The translations under genes and the position numbers were made by a program. From Protoeuglena noctilucae (Eukaryota): DNA of 64,000 bases. Of this stretch, positions 1 through 12,540 are shown in pieces; within the stretch, counting starts at the first letter, position 1; every line of letters begins with the position of its first letter. A model generated the notes under the pieces. The model had not been told where the DNA came from. It ran no database searches and saw only the letters and a list, made by a program, of their open reading frames with translations. The DNA is taken from the NCBI GenBank assembly GCA_958009085.1, contig OY253675.1, forward strand, positions 186,001 to 250,000. The letters run 5' to 3'.

Positions 1-176
1 CAAACTGCAGTGCCGCGGCTCTTTGGCGCGGGCGGGGCTGGCCGGAGACGGCTGGGCCGCGGCCTGCGGGGTGGGAGCAGTGGGCGCTGTGGGAAGGCTG
101 TGCCTTGCATTTGCTGCAAGGGATTCGACACACCGGAGCACGCCACTGGCCCAGCCAGTGCGGACGCGCCCCTCAC

Positions 177-810
177 CTCGGCCTTCTTCCTCTGGTGGTA
201 CCGCCGCAGTGCCTCGGCTCTCTTCTTGCGCCACTCCTCGGACTGCGGGCCCCGCCGGACGCCCCTCTGCCCCATCTGCATGCGCTTGCGCCACTGCAGG
301 AACAGCAGGCCAGCTAAGTGCATGATAAGAGGTGTTGCATACAAGGCACTCCCTGTAGGCCGGGTCAGCGCAACTGGCCAGCTGCAGAACGCTCGCTTCT
401 CGCCTTGGCGTCTCGAGGGACCCCCGGGAGCCCCCGGCCGTCCCTCTCGTCCTCCCACGCGTCGTTCTCGTCTTGCATCGCCTGCACCAGGTCCCGCACC
501 CTCGGGGAGTCCCGCTCTGCGGTTAGGCGCAAGCACGATGGCTCTTAGCGAAACAATCGCAGAGAGCTGCACCTGGGAGATGCAGTGCCTGTCGTCCAGC
601 ACGCTCGGCCGGATGCACTACATGTATGCAAACCAAGGGACGACCATCGGCAGAGCTGCCGGGCGCCCGCTCACCTGCGCCTTGCCGCCGATGCCGGCCC
701 GGCGCTGCATCCACCCCCGCGCAGACCGGGCACGGCGCGCTCGCGCCCTCGCGTCCCAGCGGGAAGATTACTCTCGTGCCTCCGCAGCGACTGCACGTCC
801 TGCGAGGGAG
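177..810 (-). CDS. Hypothetical spliced protein with basic NUMOD3-like motif (runs off the left edge; start uncertain)
   Basis: Phase-consistent exons around 673-800, 573-617, 404-515 (GC donor) and 177-293 give ...GVPRDAK|WRKRMQMGQRGVRRGPQSEEWRKKRAEALRRYHQRKKAE|gtgagg. The 'SEEWRKKRAEALR' resemblance to NUMOD3 is an inference. Confidence 0.4.
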
Positions 811-1788
811 GCAGGGGTGCGCGCGAGGTCGCGTGGCGGGAGGCCGCGTCAGCCAAGCGTTGGGGTCGCGTCGCGCGGGGCCTCCGCGGCGCGCACGCGG
901 ACGACGACGTCACGAAATGATATTTACGACAGTTTGTGAACGAACAATGGAACCTCCAGCGCGGACGGCCCAGCGCCGGCCCCACGCTCACCGGCTCTCT
1001 GTGCGAGGCAAGGGTGGCTCGTCCAGCGGCCTCCGAGCACTTCGCGGCGAGACCTGGTCAGCAGCGACCTCACGATAGTCGGTAACGATCGCCTGCTCGC
1101 GGGTAGCCGTGACCGCGGCCCCTGGCGTCGGCGCGAGGCTCCGGTTCCCATGGCCTCCGCCCCCTGCCGCGGCGACGCACGCCCGCCGCGGAGGATGCGG
1201 GGGCGAAACCAGGCCACGACTTGCTAGAACTGGACCTCGTTGCCACCGATGGCGGCCCGCAAGCCAACGCGCGCGACCGACGGGCGGGACCGCAAAGCAC
1301 GCATGCGGAAACGACGACCCCTGGGCCCCCATCGTCTCAATCGCAAAGCGTCAACATGCCGAAGCGGATGCGACCACTAACGCAACGCACGCGAGCGTTC
1401 CCGTGACGCAAAAACGCCGGGCTGCGGCTGGGTCCTGCGACGCAAACCTCAGCCGCACCCTACGCAGTCCAGGAGAGTCAGGAGCTATGAAGCACGCACG
1501 AGGAGCCACAAAGATCAAGTCTGAGCCCGGCCGCGCAATCATTGATGCTGTTCTGCAGGCGCCTGGGGTGTAGACCCTTCTGACGCACTGGGGAAGCGCA
1601 GAAAGCAATGTGCGCGGCGGGTTCCGACAGATCATGCATGTATGCCTGTTGCTCATCAAGGCGTTTCACTGCTCGCCCATGCTCAACGTCAGGCAAAGCC
1701 CGTTTCTCTCACACGGCGTGCTGCGCGGCCCACGTGGCCGCGACTGGGCGCAGGGATGAGCGGACCGAGGGAGCAGGATACACGGGGG

Positions 1789-3273
1789 ATGGCGAGCTTC
1801 CGCTACCGGACGAAGGAGCAGCTCATTGCCGACACGCCCAGCAGGCACGCGCGCACGCCCCTGTCTAGCGCCATCCTCCCCTCGTCGCCGCCGCCGCAAC
1901 TCGTGGTTGACGACACTGATGAGAAATCTTGCGGCTTGCGCAGACGGGACGGCATCTCCTGGTACGAGGAGCGGGTTTTGCGGCGGACCATGTGCGAGTT
2001 CACCGTTAAGGTCATGGACGCGCTGCACATGCTGGTTGTCCCAAAGGTCGTCGCACAGGTGTGACTTATGCTTCACGCACGATGCGTTGCCATCGCAAAC
2101 GCAACTGCAGCCCCAACGCTGGCCGCGCAATCGCCCCCCCAGACGCTGGCCCAGCGCTTCTACATGGCGCGGTCTTTCCAGCGGAACGACCGCTTCATCA
2201 TCGCAACGGCATGCATCTTCCTCGCCAGCAAGGTGGGCTGTGATCCCGTGCCGAGGCCTCTTTGCTGCGCTCGATGCATGCGGGCACGCTACAAGTGAAT
2301 TCCCCGCCCCTGCAGTCGGAGGAGAACCACAAGAGCCTGCGTGACGTCATCTTAGCGTCGTTTGACGTGCGCAACGAGGGCGACCAGGAGTTGCGGGAGC
2401 GCATCCGCAAGGACAAGAACCTGTACGACGACATGAAGGCGAGCGAAGCTGAGCGACCCAATGGCGACGGTGATGTATATGCCGACGTGTGTACGGGAAC
2501 CGAGCCGTGCCCATTCCACCCGCAGGAGAACCTGCTGCTGGCGGAGCGGTGTCTGCTCTACATGACGGGGTTCCGCTTCTCGCGCACGCCGCACGAGCTG
2601 CTGCTGGAGGAGCTGCAGGACCTCAACCTCTGGTCGGAGAGCGAGAAGGACCCCCAGGAGGTGCGATGTCATGCGGGATCGAAGCAGCAGTGGGACAGCC
2701 ATGGTGCTGGTCCGGCCGCGGCGCCGCTGTTCGATCGTGTCCAAGCGCTCCGTCGCAGACGCACCGCCGGCAGTTCGTGAGCCAGGTGTCGTGGAACTTC
2801 TGCAACGACTCGACGCGCACGACGCTGTGTCTCCAGTACCCGCCCCTGGCCATCGCCCACGCCTGCCTCTTCCTGGCCATCAAGTGAGGCGCTCTGCGGC
2901 CCCACGTCTCCGGCAACCGACGATCCGGGTTCACCGAGTCACGTGGACGCCGCATCCGTCCTCGCAGGCTCGTGAATTACTCCGCTGCGACCGTGGCCAA
3001 GGCGCAGGCGTGGGTGGAGCAGCGGGGAACGCCTCCAGCGGCGCTGCGGGACATCATTCTGCAGCTGCTTGAGGTGAGTGGCTGCTGCGAGCAAGGCTGC
3101 CGCTGCATGCAAAAGTCGCACGTGTGCTGCGCGGTTTTCTGTGGAGAGCCCAGCGACTTGCACCCTGGCCGCTCCGTCTCCCGCAGTGCTTTGATCACAA
3201 CAACGAGTTGGAAGCGCTCGCGTCGGTCGGGCCGTCCGTAGCTGGCCAGCACGCCCGGTGGCCGTCGGCGTAA
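1789..3273 (+). CDS. Cyclin T/K-family (P-TEFb-type) cyclin, 8 exons
   Basis: Exons 1789-1844, 1944-2058, 2143-2232, 2316-2438, 2526-2660, 2774-2883, 2968-3073, 3187-3273. Motifs TPSRRDGI, AQRFYMARSFQRNDRFIIATACIFLASKSEE, WNFCNDSTRTTLCLQYPP match plant CYCT cyclin boxes. Confidence 0.88.
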
Positions 3274-3383
3274 GCGGGGGCGTGTCAGGATGGCCGAGCG
3301 TGATGAAGACGGCCAGCAGCGCCATCGCATAGTCTCGTTAATGTTCACATTCTCTTCCTCTTCACTACTCGAGGCGCGCAGCG

Positions 3384-6129
3384 ATGTCGCCCAAGCCCGG
3401 GCAGGCAACGGTGAGCTGGTCGAGTCGGTTACGTTTTGCGCCCGTGTCTGCTGGCCGCGTGCTTCGCCCCGGCATGTTGAATCCAAGCGATCCGTCCTCG
3501 CTCGCCTCGCTTCGCACCCGCGGCGACCTCTCCGCGACCAGCTGCACTCGGGTCGCCGCAGCCGGGGACGGACCCCGCCACTGAGCCCCTCTCCGAGCCG
3601 CCGCCGCGCCTGGACCTCCCTCCGGCAGGCACTCTCATCGAGAAACCGCACCTGAGGTATCTGGTCGCCGGCCGCATGCTTTGGAAGGGTCCACAGGGTT
3701 GTAATTTGAAGCGATTCGCTTTTCGGAACCGTCTCCCCTTCCTGAGGCCGCGCCTGCTGCCCCGCAGCATCGTCATCTGCGGTCACGTCGACTCGGGCAA
3801 GTCCACCGCCACGGGCCGCCTCCTGTTCGAGCTCGGCGGCATGCCTTCCCGGGAGCTGGACAAGCTGCGGGCGGAGGCGGAGAGGCGCGGCAAGGCATCC
3901 TTCGCCTTCGCCTTCTTCATGGACCGGCGAGCAGTGCTGACAGGGTTTTTGCAACTTGCCCGTGCATCATCCCCACCCGCGCACCTGTCGCATGCCATGC
4001 GTCGCCGCCACGACGGGCGTGCATCTCACGCGCGCAGGCAGAAGGACGAGCGGGACCGCGGGCTGAACATCTCGTGCACGACTTAGGAGTTCTTCACGGA
4101 CAAGTGGCACTACACTGTCATCGACGCCCCCGGCCACCGCGACTTCATCAAGAACATGATATCCGGTGCGGCACAGGCGGACGTGGCGGTCCTCATGGTC
4201 CCTGCGGATGGCAACTTCACCGTGTCGATCCAGAAGGGAGACCACAAGGCGGGGCTGGTGCAGGCGAGGCCATCGGGGTGCGGTGGGTGCTGGGGTGCGG
4301 TGGGGGCTCAGGTGCGGCAGGGGTGGTGCGGTGGGAGCTAGGGTGCAGCTGTGCGAGTGCTGGGGTAAGGGCTCTGGTGTGGCAGGGGTGGTGCTGTGGG
4401 TGCTACGTGCTGGCAAGGCTGGCATGCTTTCGCATGGCCATTTCACACGCTTCCCATGCAGGGCCAGACGCGCCAGCATGCTCGTTTGATCAACCTGCTG
4501 GGCGTCAAGCAGCTCATCGTGGCAGTGAACAAGATGGACGACAAGGTGGCTGCGCGGTACGACAGGGGGCGGTACGAGGAAGTGCGGGACGAGGTCGTGC
4601 ACATGCTGGTGAGGAAAGGTGGTGGGTGGCTGTGTTTCACATGCTGGTGAGGGCAGGGTGGCACACATGTTGTGGATAGCGAGGCTGGTGTGCGAGCATG
4701 GAATGCTCCTCTAACGCAGCTGCGGATCGGGTACAAGCGCGAGCAAGTGATGGAGCGCACGCCCATCATCCCCATGAGTGGCTGGGTGGGCGACAACTTG
4801 ATCCTCAAGACGACCCGCATGCCGTGGTGCGTCGGCAACAGCGCGCCTACTCAAGCTATCTGCACGCCATGTGTCTGGCAAAGCGTTGGCAAGCATGCCG
4901 CTGCGCAGAGCATGATGCGACGTCATGCAACGCACTATGCAGGTGGGAAGGCGTGGACGTCAAGACCACGTCTGGCCGCCAGGTGCACGTCAGCACGTTG
5001 CTGGAGGCACTGAACGATTTCGTGGAGCTGCCGGACCGCAAGGTGTGCTTGAAGGGTGGACAACATGTTGTGATGGGCACTGCTAGTACTATAGTGCTAA
5101 TGTCGGTGTTGGTGCGAGCCAGGTGCGGAGAGCGTGCTGTGGACACTTCATGCTTTCAGGAGCACGCGCCGATGCGCATGCCAGTGTCTGGCGTGTTCAA
5201 GATCAAGGGCGTGGGCGATGTCATCACGGGCCGCGTGGAGCAGGGGTCGGTGCTGCCGGGAGACGAGGTCGTGTTCGTGCCCACGCACAGCCACACGCAC
5301 CCGTGCGGGGGGAAGGTCTTCACCGGTGAGGGATGACTCGACGATGGGTGAGAAGTGCATCGTGCAATGCTCGAGTACGATCTTTGTTGCATCTCTCTTG
5401 TCATGCTCAGTTGAGGAGCACCACCGTCGATTGGACGCGGCCAGGTCGGGCGACAACGTGGGCGTCAACGTGAAGGGTCTGGACAAGGGTCACATGCCCA
5501 GGGCTGGGGACTGCATGGTGCACAAGGCGAGTGGAGGGCATGCGTGGGTCTGCAGGTAGCGTGGCGGGACTGGGCAGCTGCCCTGCTGCCTGGGTTATGT
5601 CACCACACCTAGCTCCAAACAACGCTCCTCCAATTGTTTTAGAAACCCCTCGCAACATCCAACTCCCTCCATCTCTCCCAGAAGGCCTACGACAGCCACG
5701 GCCTGGGCACGGCCACGCGCTTCACGATGCAGCTGCAGACGCTCGACATCCCCAGCATGGTGCGGCCCGGGTACACGCCCATCGCTTTCTGCCGGACGGC
5801 GCACGCGGCGTGCAAGCTCGTTTCCATCGAGTGGCACATGGGGCGCGACACGGGGGGCAAGAAGGTGGAGGGAGGGACGCACCTGCGGAGCAACGAGGTG
5901 AGAGAGCGAGGGCGTGTTTGAGCCTTGTACCAGATCTATGACGCTCTGTGCCATGACGCTCACTTGCCGACACCCTGCGCCCCAGGTGGCCCAGTGCGTG
6001 TTTGAGCCCCAGTCGCCCTTTGTGGTCGAGACGGCATCCACCTGCGAGGGCCTCTCCCGGGTGGCCATGCTCGATGGCAACACGGCCATCATGCTGGGTA
6101 AGGTCGTCGACGTCCAGTGCGCCTTCTGA
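3384..6129 (+). CDS. EFL: Elongation factor-like (EFL) GTPase, divergent paralog with in-frame TAG at 4084-4086
   Basis: Core exons ..3656, 3769-3926, 4038-4263, 4462-4608, 4720-4825, 4943-5042, 5160-5325, 5411-5526, 5682-5897, 5986-6129. [68 protein letters not shown] and PMSGW are EFL-type signatures. The first exon (3384-3410) is tentative. Confidence 0.9.
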
Positions 6130-6510
6130 TACGGAAGGCCTCGGCCATTCAGGCGTGCTGTTGGTTGATGGTGGGCCTTGTCTCTCATGACGGGCCTGCT
6201 GTCGATGGATGGACGCCCTTCTCTCAGATGGTGGGCCTGCTCGTTGGGTTGTTTGGGAAAGTAAGTCCTTTGGCTCGCTCAGCTGGGCCCACAGTTTGGT
6301 GCATGACGCCCTAGCCATACAAATGTTGAGGTGCAGAGCTAGGGCCATCGCCTGTGTCACGAACTTGCAAGCTGTTTTTTTCCCTTTGTCCACTTCCACT
6401 CACGCCGCCACCGCATCTGCATGTCTGGCTTGCCTGGCTTGTGCATTGATAGGATGTAGGCACTGCTGCTGCACCCCCGCCCCTGCCTCACAGCTGCTGC
6501 TCTGGCAAGA

Positions 6511-6515
6511 TGTAA
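6511..6515 (+). terminator. Chlorophyte-type polyadenylation signal TGTAA downstream of EFL
   Basis: TGTAA lies about 380 nt after the EFL stop. Similar sites occur at 12180-12184 (+), 16266-16270 (+) and 50086-50090 (-), each downstream of a stop codon. Confidence 0.5.
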
Positions 6516-6795
6516 TGCCATTTCAAGCACAAAGCTTGCAGTGACGCCGCCAGACACGCGGCATCCGCAACTCCCCTAAAGGCACGCCTGCGACATACCA
6601 GCCCCGCCCCAATCCCATCCTTTCTCGCCCCCATCCCTTCACCCGTTTCTCAGCACGTGCTGCACCACGCTGCGAATATCACGCAGCCGACGCGGCAAGG
6701 ACGTCCGCCCGCCCGCCCGCCTCGCCCAGCGAAGCGCAAGGGGCGTTCCCAGCCGCCAGCAGGAAGCCCCTGCTTGTCGCAATACCACCCCTGGC

Positions 6796-7831
6796 TCAGA
6801 ACCGGCCCCGTCCCCTGCCCCTGCCGCGCCCCCGACCCCTCCCGCGCCCCCTGCAAGCGGCTCAGTGGACGACGAACGATCAGCACAACTCATCACAGTT
6901 ATTGACAACGGGACTGAGGGCAGCTGCGGTGGCGCAACGCCTCGACATGCCATGAGCGAGTGCAAAGAAATTTCGTTCGTCCTGATACTCGCCGCAAACA
7001 AGTACATGAAATGCAGAAAGCAACACGCAAGCACAGCACAGGCAGGGCACCTGGTGGGTGCCGCTGCGGCTGCGGCCTTCTCTGGGTGCTTGGGCCTCTG
7101 CTTGGGCTGGTCAATGCCGACGAGCAGCGTGTCGAGGTTGAGCGAGTCGGGGAGGATGACGTAGCGAATGGTGGAGCCCCTGCAGGCAAGGCCAGGGGAG
7201 GGTGGCTGTTGGCCTGGGCTGCGCTGAGAGCCCCCAGTGAAGACGGTGCGAGTGCCGCGCGCGGGCCCGCGTGTGACCCGGCGCGAAGCGAGTTCTTGCC
7301 TTATGCTCATGCTGTCCATCTGCACGGCGTTCTTCCCCTTCGAGACCACCTTCACGGCCTTCATGTGCATGTTCATTGAGTGGTCCACCCCGATGATGGT
7401 GCCCTGCACGGTCGTCGCGTTCTTCAGCTCCACCTGCACCGTCTCATTCGAGAGCTTCATCAAGAACCTGCGCGGGGGGTCGGGGGGCCGGGGCGATCGA
7501 GAGAGCCCGTACTGGACGGCGGGGCAGCCACCCCGCCTCGTAAGAGCGCCCGGAAGGACCGCGAGACGGACATGCGGCTGCTCAGAGAGATGACGCATAC
7601 GGTGGCTCGCGCATCAAAGAGGGAGGCGCGAGGAGGCGCGGCAAATCACGGTCTGCCTACGTGCGCCTCCCCCACCCCGCCAGCGGCGCCAAGGTGCCCA
7701 GGGCCGGGCTCCCGTCGTCGACAACAGCATGCAATCAGATCCAGTACCTCTCAGCGCGACCCGGGACGCGCGCATCCCCTCCAGGAAGCCCCACGCCCGC
7801 ATTTAGGCCCCCACCTGATGAGCTTCACCAT
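6796..7831 (-). CDS. SmD1: Small nuclear ribonucleoprotein Sm D1, 4 exons
   Basis: Exons 7831-7815, 7467-7300 (GC donor), 7179-7051, 6850-6796 give [22 protein letters not shown]...[22 protein letters not shown]...(GR)n F*, including the RG-repeat tail. Confidence 0.95.
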
Positions 7832-8461
7832 CTTCCCTCCCCGTCCTTCCTAGGACGCCTGAAAAGGCGGGCCACACACTCTCTCGCGCGAGATCGCCGC
7901 TCGCCGGAACCAGGGAGCGCGAGCGGAGCAATGTCCCCGATGGGTCCAGCACTCCTCGGCAGCCCACGTTGTTCGCGTCACACTCTCAGGGGACGACGCC
8001 GGGGGGGCAGTTGGGGCCCGCCCGGAACCTGACACCCGGGCACTACCCGGGAGGTGGAGCACTGCACTCCTCCGCAAAAGCAATGCCCTTTTTACATTCA
8101 CGTCATCGACCTTGATGAGAGCGGGCAGCTATCTTTGAAGCGTCGGGTGCCATCCTTGCGCATTCTTTTCGACCCTAGTTCCGGGCCTGAGGGGCCTCTT
8201 TCAGCCTCTCGCTGGTCGTTCGCAAATCCTCTCATCTATATCGTGAGGCCGAGCCCACTGAGCAGGTCGGCCCCGCCCTCAGCTGTCGCCACACGGGGCT
8301 TCTTGGCCGTTGTTGCCACGGGCTGCCCATCCGCACCGAGAGCGCCTGCGACGGCCGCGCGCACTTGCCTGTCCTCGTTGGTCGTAATTGGTGCGTTCAC
8401 GACGCTGCTGCAGGCCTGGAAACGCGGGAAGGACCCCGCGCGCGGCGGCGTTCAGGCGACG

Positions 8462-11400
8462 ATGACGGGCAGCGCCGAGCACGACGCGTCTTGCGCCGTC
8501 GCGGCGGACGCGCATCGAGATAGTGCGCAGGTCGCTCAAGAGGTGACGCATGTAGCTTAGCGCCTGCTGCGCCGAGCTCGGCATTCCTCGCATGAAAGCT
8601 GACCCTGGTGCTTCTCCTCCCGGGCCCGCAGAGCGGCGTCCTCCTCAACCACAAGCGAATGGAAGCCATGCTGGCGAATGCGCTCGACGAGGTTGAGGAC
8701 CTCCGCGCGAAGGCGAGCGGCGCGCGTCGTCCCCAGCGCTCACATCCCGGCCCGCTGCAGCACAACTCGCAAGCCACGCCCGCCTCTGACCCCGCTCGCA
8801 GCTGTCTCTGTCTGAGAAGGAGATCGGGTGCATCCGACCTCAAGCCTTCCACGTTCGGGAGGGCATGAAGCTGGCCCTGGCCCCGCGCATGAGTGCGGGC
8901 GCGGCAGAGCGAGCCCTGGAGGGCCGCCTGCACGAGACGGTGCGCGGCGCTTGCCAAAAAACTTGCGAGCACATGCGTCCATATCCACCTTTGTCAACGA
9001 CAGACCGTGCTTGTGTGCCCCCACAGGCGGCCTCCATGGCTCGCACGTCGGCAGTGCGGGCTCGTGAGGCGTTGGGTACCTGCCTTGTGGAGGCGACGCT
9101 CGACCTGTGTCAATTTGAGTGCGACCGCCTGGAGCGCGCGCGGGATGCGGCGCTGCTGCAGCTGACGAAGACGGCCGCGGTTGCGACGGAGTGGGAGCGG
9201 AGGTGCCGCGATGCACGGCAGGAGGTGGCGACGGCGTCCCAGCGAGCGAAAGAGCAGGCGAGTGCGGGTGGCGATTGGACAGGTTGGGTGACCATGGTCA
9301 GCACGCGGATGCAGAGTGGCACTTGCAAGGCGATGGCTGCAGCAAGTACTCGTGGCAGCGTTCACAGCCAAACGTAAGCTCAGACTGCCTCAGATGCCAG
9401 CTAGTCTGCGACCTGCCTGCGCATCCCTGGCGGCCCTCTCCCAATCTCCCGCAGGGCGCGGAGATACTGAGGTTGGAGAGCGCGCTGCGTGAGGCCAAGG
9501 CTGCGGCGACAGCGGCAGCCGACGAGCATGCGCGAGCTATGGGCGAGGCGGGGGCGGCGCACCGGGCGGCCGCTGATGCGATGCGAGCGGAGGCAGAGGG
9601 GCGGGTGCGGAAGGCGGAGGCGGAGAGGGCGCGGGCGGTGGCGGAGAAGGACGCGGAGCGGCGGGCGGCCGTGGAGGCGCTCGAGGCGAAGCTGCGGTGC
9701 GCGGCGGGGCGTGCTGGGGGGTGTGGGAGGGGCAGGGGTGGAGCAGGTGGTAAAAGGGCAGGGATGGGCGCAAGAAGAGGGTTGTTGACACTAGCAGGAG
9801 CTCCTAGTGTGGGAGGAGAGATGAGGAGGGGTGCGGGGTGCTGTTGGAACATAGCAAGTGCGTGACCATCAAAGTTCATCGGTAGTTGACTTTCGGTGAT
9901 GTCCCTTTCCGGCCACAGGGACGCCGAGCAGCGCTGCGGTGACGCCGAGCAGCGTTGGCGTTTGGCGGAGGAGCGTGCACGTGCGGCCGAGCAGCGTCTG
10001 TCTGACCGGGAGCGCTTCTTGGAGGAGTTCCAGAGGATGGCGAGAGAGAACAAGGGAGCGGAGGCGGAGAGGCTGCAGGAACAGATGAGGGTGAGTGGGT
10101 GGTGGGGACGGGGAGTGGGGTGCATGAGTTGTTGCTGAGAGTGGCGGGTGAGAATTTGTAGGGTGTGTAAAGACAATGGCTGCTGCACGTTGCTTAGCAT
10201 AACTGTGACTTCAGCTCTCCAGCATGTGCATGCCGAGCTGCGATGCGATGCGACGTTCTGACACGTGTGGTGGTGCGCGCAGGTGATGGCTGAAAAGGAG
10301 CACTTGGCAGAGGCGAGGCTGTTGGAGAGAGTGGCAGCGCTGGAGGACAAGCTGCGGTACGAGCACAGGGAGCGGCAAGAGGCGCAGGCGAGGGCCGGGG
10401 TGGCGAACTGTGGCAACCTAGCTAACTGCACTTCAATGGCACGCAGCGATGTAGTGAGCTTTGTTAGGTGCCTTAATGCCCACGGGTGTCGGAGCGTCGA
10501 GAGAAAGACTGTCCATGGATCGTTAGCAGACTCACGTTCTGGTCTCGTGTTTTTTGGGCCCCGTCGCTGCTGACGGCAGGCGCGAGGTCCTATGGCTGTG
10601 TTCGTTAAGCACAGCCATTGCTCCCTCGCAGGACCGCGTGCGTTCGTTGGAGGCGGAGCTGCGGCGGGCGGCGATGGCGAGGGACGCGGAGGTCCACGTG
10701 CTGGCGGCCCAAGTGCGTTCCCAGGACGCTCGGCGAGCATCGATGTTGGATGCGGTGCGCGAGGGCCCCACATCCGAGGCCTTGCGTCCCCAGACCACCC
10801 GGCGCACTTCGGTCCTCAATCCGGCACCGGAGCATGTGCCGGAGCCCCTGCGACCACATGAGGCCCCACGGGGCGTCTCATCCGAGAGTCCCGTCGCCGG
10901 CAACGAGCTGTCGGGTGCGCGGGAGCCCACCAAAGGGGCGCGGGGTGGGTCGGGGGCGCGGCGTGGTGCCGGTCGCCGGAAGGTTTCAGAGAGGCGCGGG
11001 GACAAGGGGGGCAGTGGGGATGTCAGCGATGGGGTGGGAGGCGGTAGGGACGAGGCCGTGGCTGTGGGGCGCAAAGACGAGGGCTCTGCCCGCGGCGGCA
11101 AGCGAGGTGGCGAGCGGGCGGGGTCCGAGAGTGCCGCGGAGGGGACGGCCAATGGCGGTGCCAAGCGGGCGGGGCCCGAGAGCGCTGCGGACGGGGCGGC
11201 GAAACGCAAGAAGAGGAGGGTGGCGCGTTTGGCGAGCCGGGTCGAGGTCGATGAGGAGGATGCTGCGGAGGAGGGAGGCCAAGAGAGCGAACGCGCGGCA
11301 GTGGGAGTGTCCACGGGAGCAGCCGTGGGCGGTCAGGGTGCCAAGGAAGGGTCGCTGCCCAAAGTGATGGAGCGAGTGGTGGAGGAGGAGCTTCCGCGGG

Positions 11401-12013
11401 CCCCGGTAGCTGCGGAGCGGGACGCCGTGGACGGTGGGGAAGCGGCTGAGGAGGATGCGGAGGTTGTGGGGGGCCTGGAGGGTCGAGCGGCGGAGGGTCG
11501 TGGGAAGGCTGGGGCAGGGCAGGGGAAGCGCGTTCTGGGGCGCTCCGTGCTGGGGGAGCTCGACGGGAACCGGGCGTCGTTCGCGGTGGGAGACAAGGCC
11601 GTCGAGAGTGCAAGGATGCGGGTGGCTGGGCTGATGGCACCTTCCCGGGGCGCACCCGCTGCGCGAGTCGAGGCAAGTGCCAACACGCTGAGCTGCGAGT
11701 TCTCAATCTTAACGTCAGCTGCCAATACCCCTCGAACCAGTGTGTGCCGTGGAAGTGGCTGGGCCGCAGTCGTTCTGTGTCCCTTGTTACGCCAGCAACC
11801 ATTGGCCGTGAACTAGTCATGCTACGCCCTCCCTCCCTTCACCCTTAATGCCTCCCTATTCCCCACTTGCAGTCCCGAGTTCAGGAAGGGGCCCCGGCAG
11901 CGAGGGGGGCGCTGGGGTCTTGGAACGCAAACGCAACCGGGGCGGGGAGCGGCCTTGCACGGGGGCTCCTTTTCGGGGGCACCTTCACCATCCCGAAGCT
12001 CGCCAAGCGATGA
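8462..12013 (+). CDS. Long coiled-coil protein with low-complexity C-terminal half and D-box-like motifs, 9 exons
   Basis: Phase-consistent exons near 8462-8542, 8632-8712, 8802-8939, 9027-9257, 9455-9696, 9919-10090, 10283-10387, 10632-11672, 11872-12013. E/A/R heptad-rich; contains KRKKRR (NLS-like) and RSVLGELDGN; ends GTFTIPKLAKR*. TGTAA at 12180. Confidence 0.7.
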
Positions 12014-12540
12014 GCGGCAGGTTCACTGTCTACTACTCGGCTCGCTGAGCAACGGCGGTGGCAGCCCTGCCCGGGGACACGGGCGTCAGAACCGCAGGCC
12101 TGCAACCAAAGTGTTTGGATTCAGAAGTTGTGCGTCGTAGCAGCGAGGCCCTTGGTGGGTCTGGCGCCTCGAGATGAGATGTAAAGCGTGGTGGAAGGTA
12201 GTTTGCGGCTTTGAAAGGTGGCAGCGGCTCAGGGAGCGCGTGGGCCAGGCGTTGCATAGCCCGTCCCCGACACACCCTCTCGACGGCTGGGACGAGGCGC
12301 ATGCGGGGAGGGGAGTTGGCCAGCGACGGCACTTCTCGCGCGGACGCCGCTCCAAGCGCATGCCGGCGCTCCATCCAGCGGCGTATGAAAGCGGAGGTCC
12401 ACGCTTGTGGCCTCGCCAGCAGCCCCGCTCCGTGCCACGGGACCCCGTGAGAGCCAGGCGCCGGCGGGGCTGCCCGACAGCAACGCTGCCGACGACCGGC
12501 TGCGGACGACCCGCACACCGCAGTGGCCGAGCAGACCACC

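Noticed and set aside
2110..2145. Apparent frameshift at the C7 run in the cyclin gene
   Set aside because: Donor 2059 and acceptor 2142 give an ungapped match to cyclin T; the C run is intronic.
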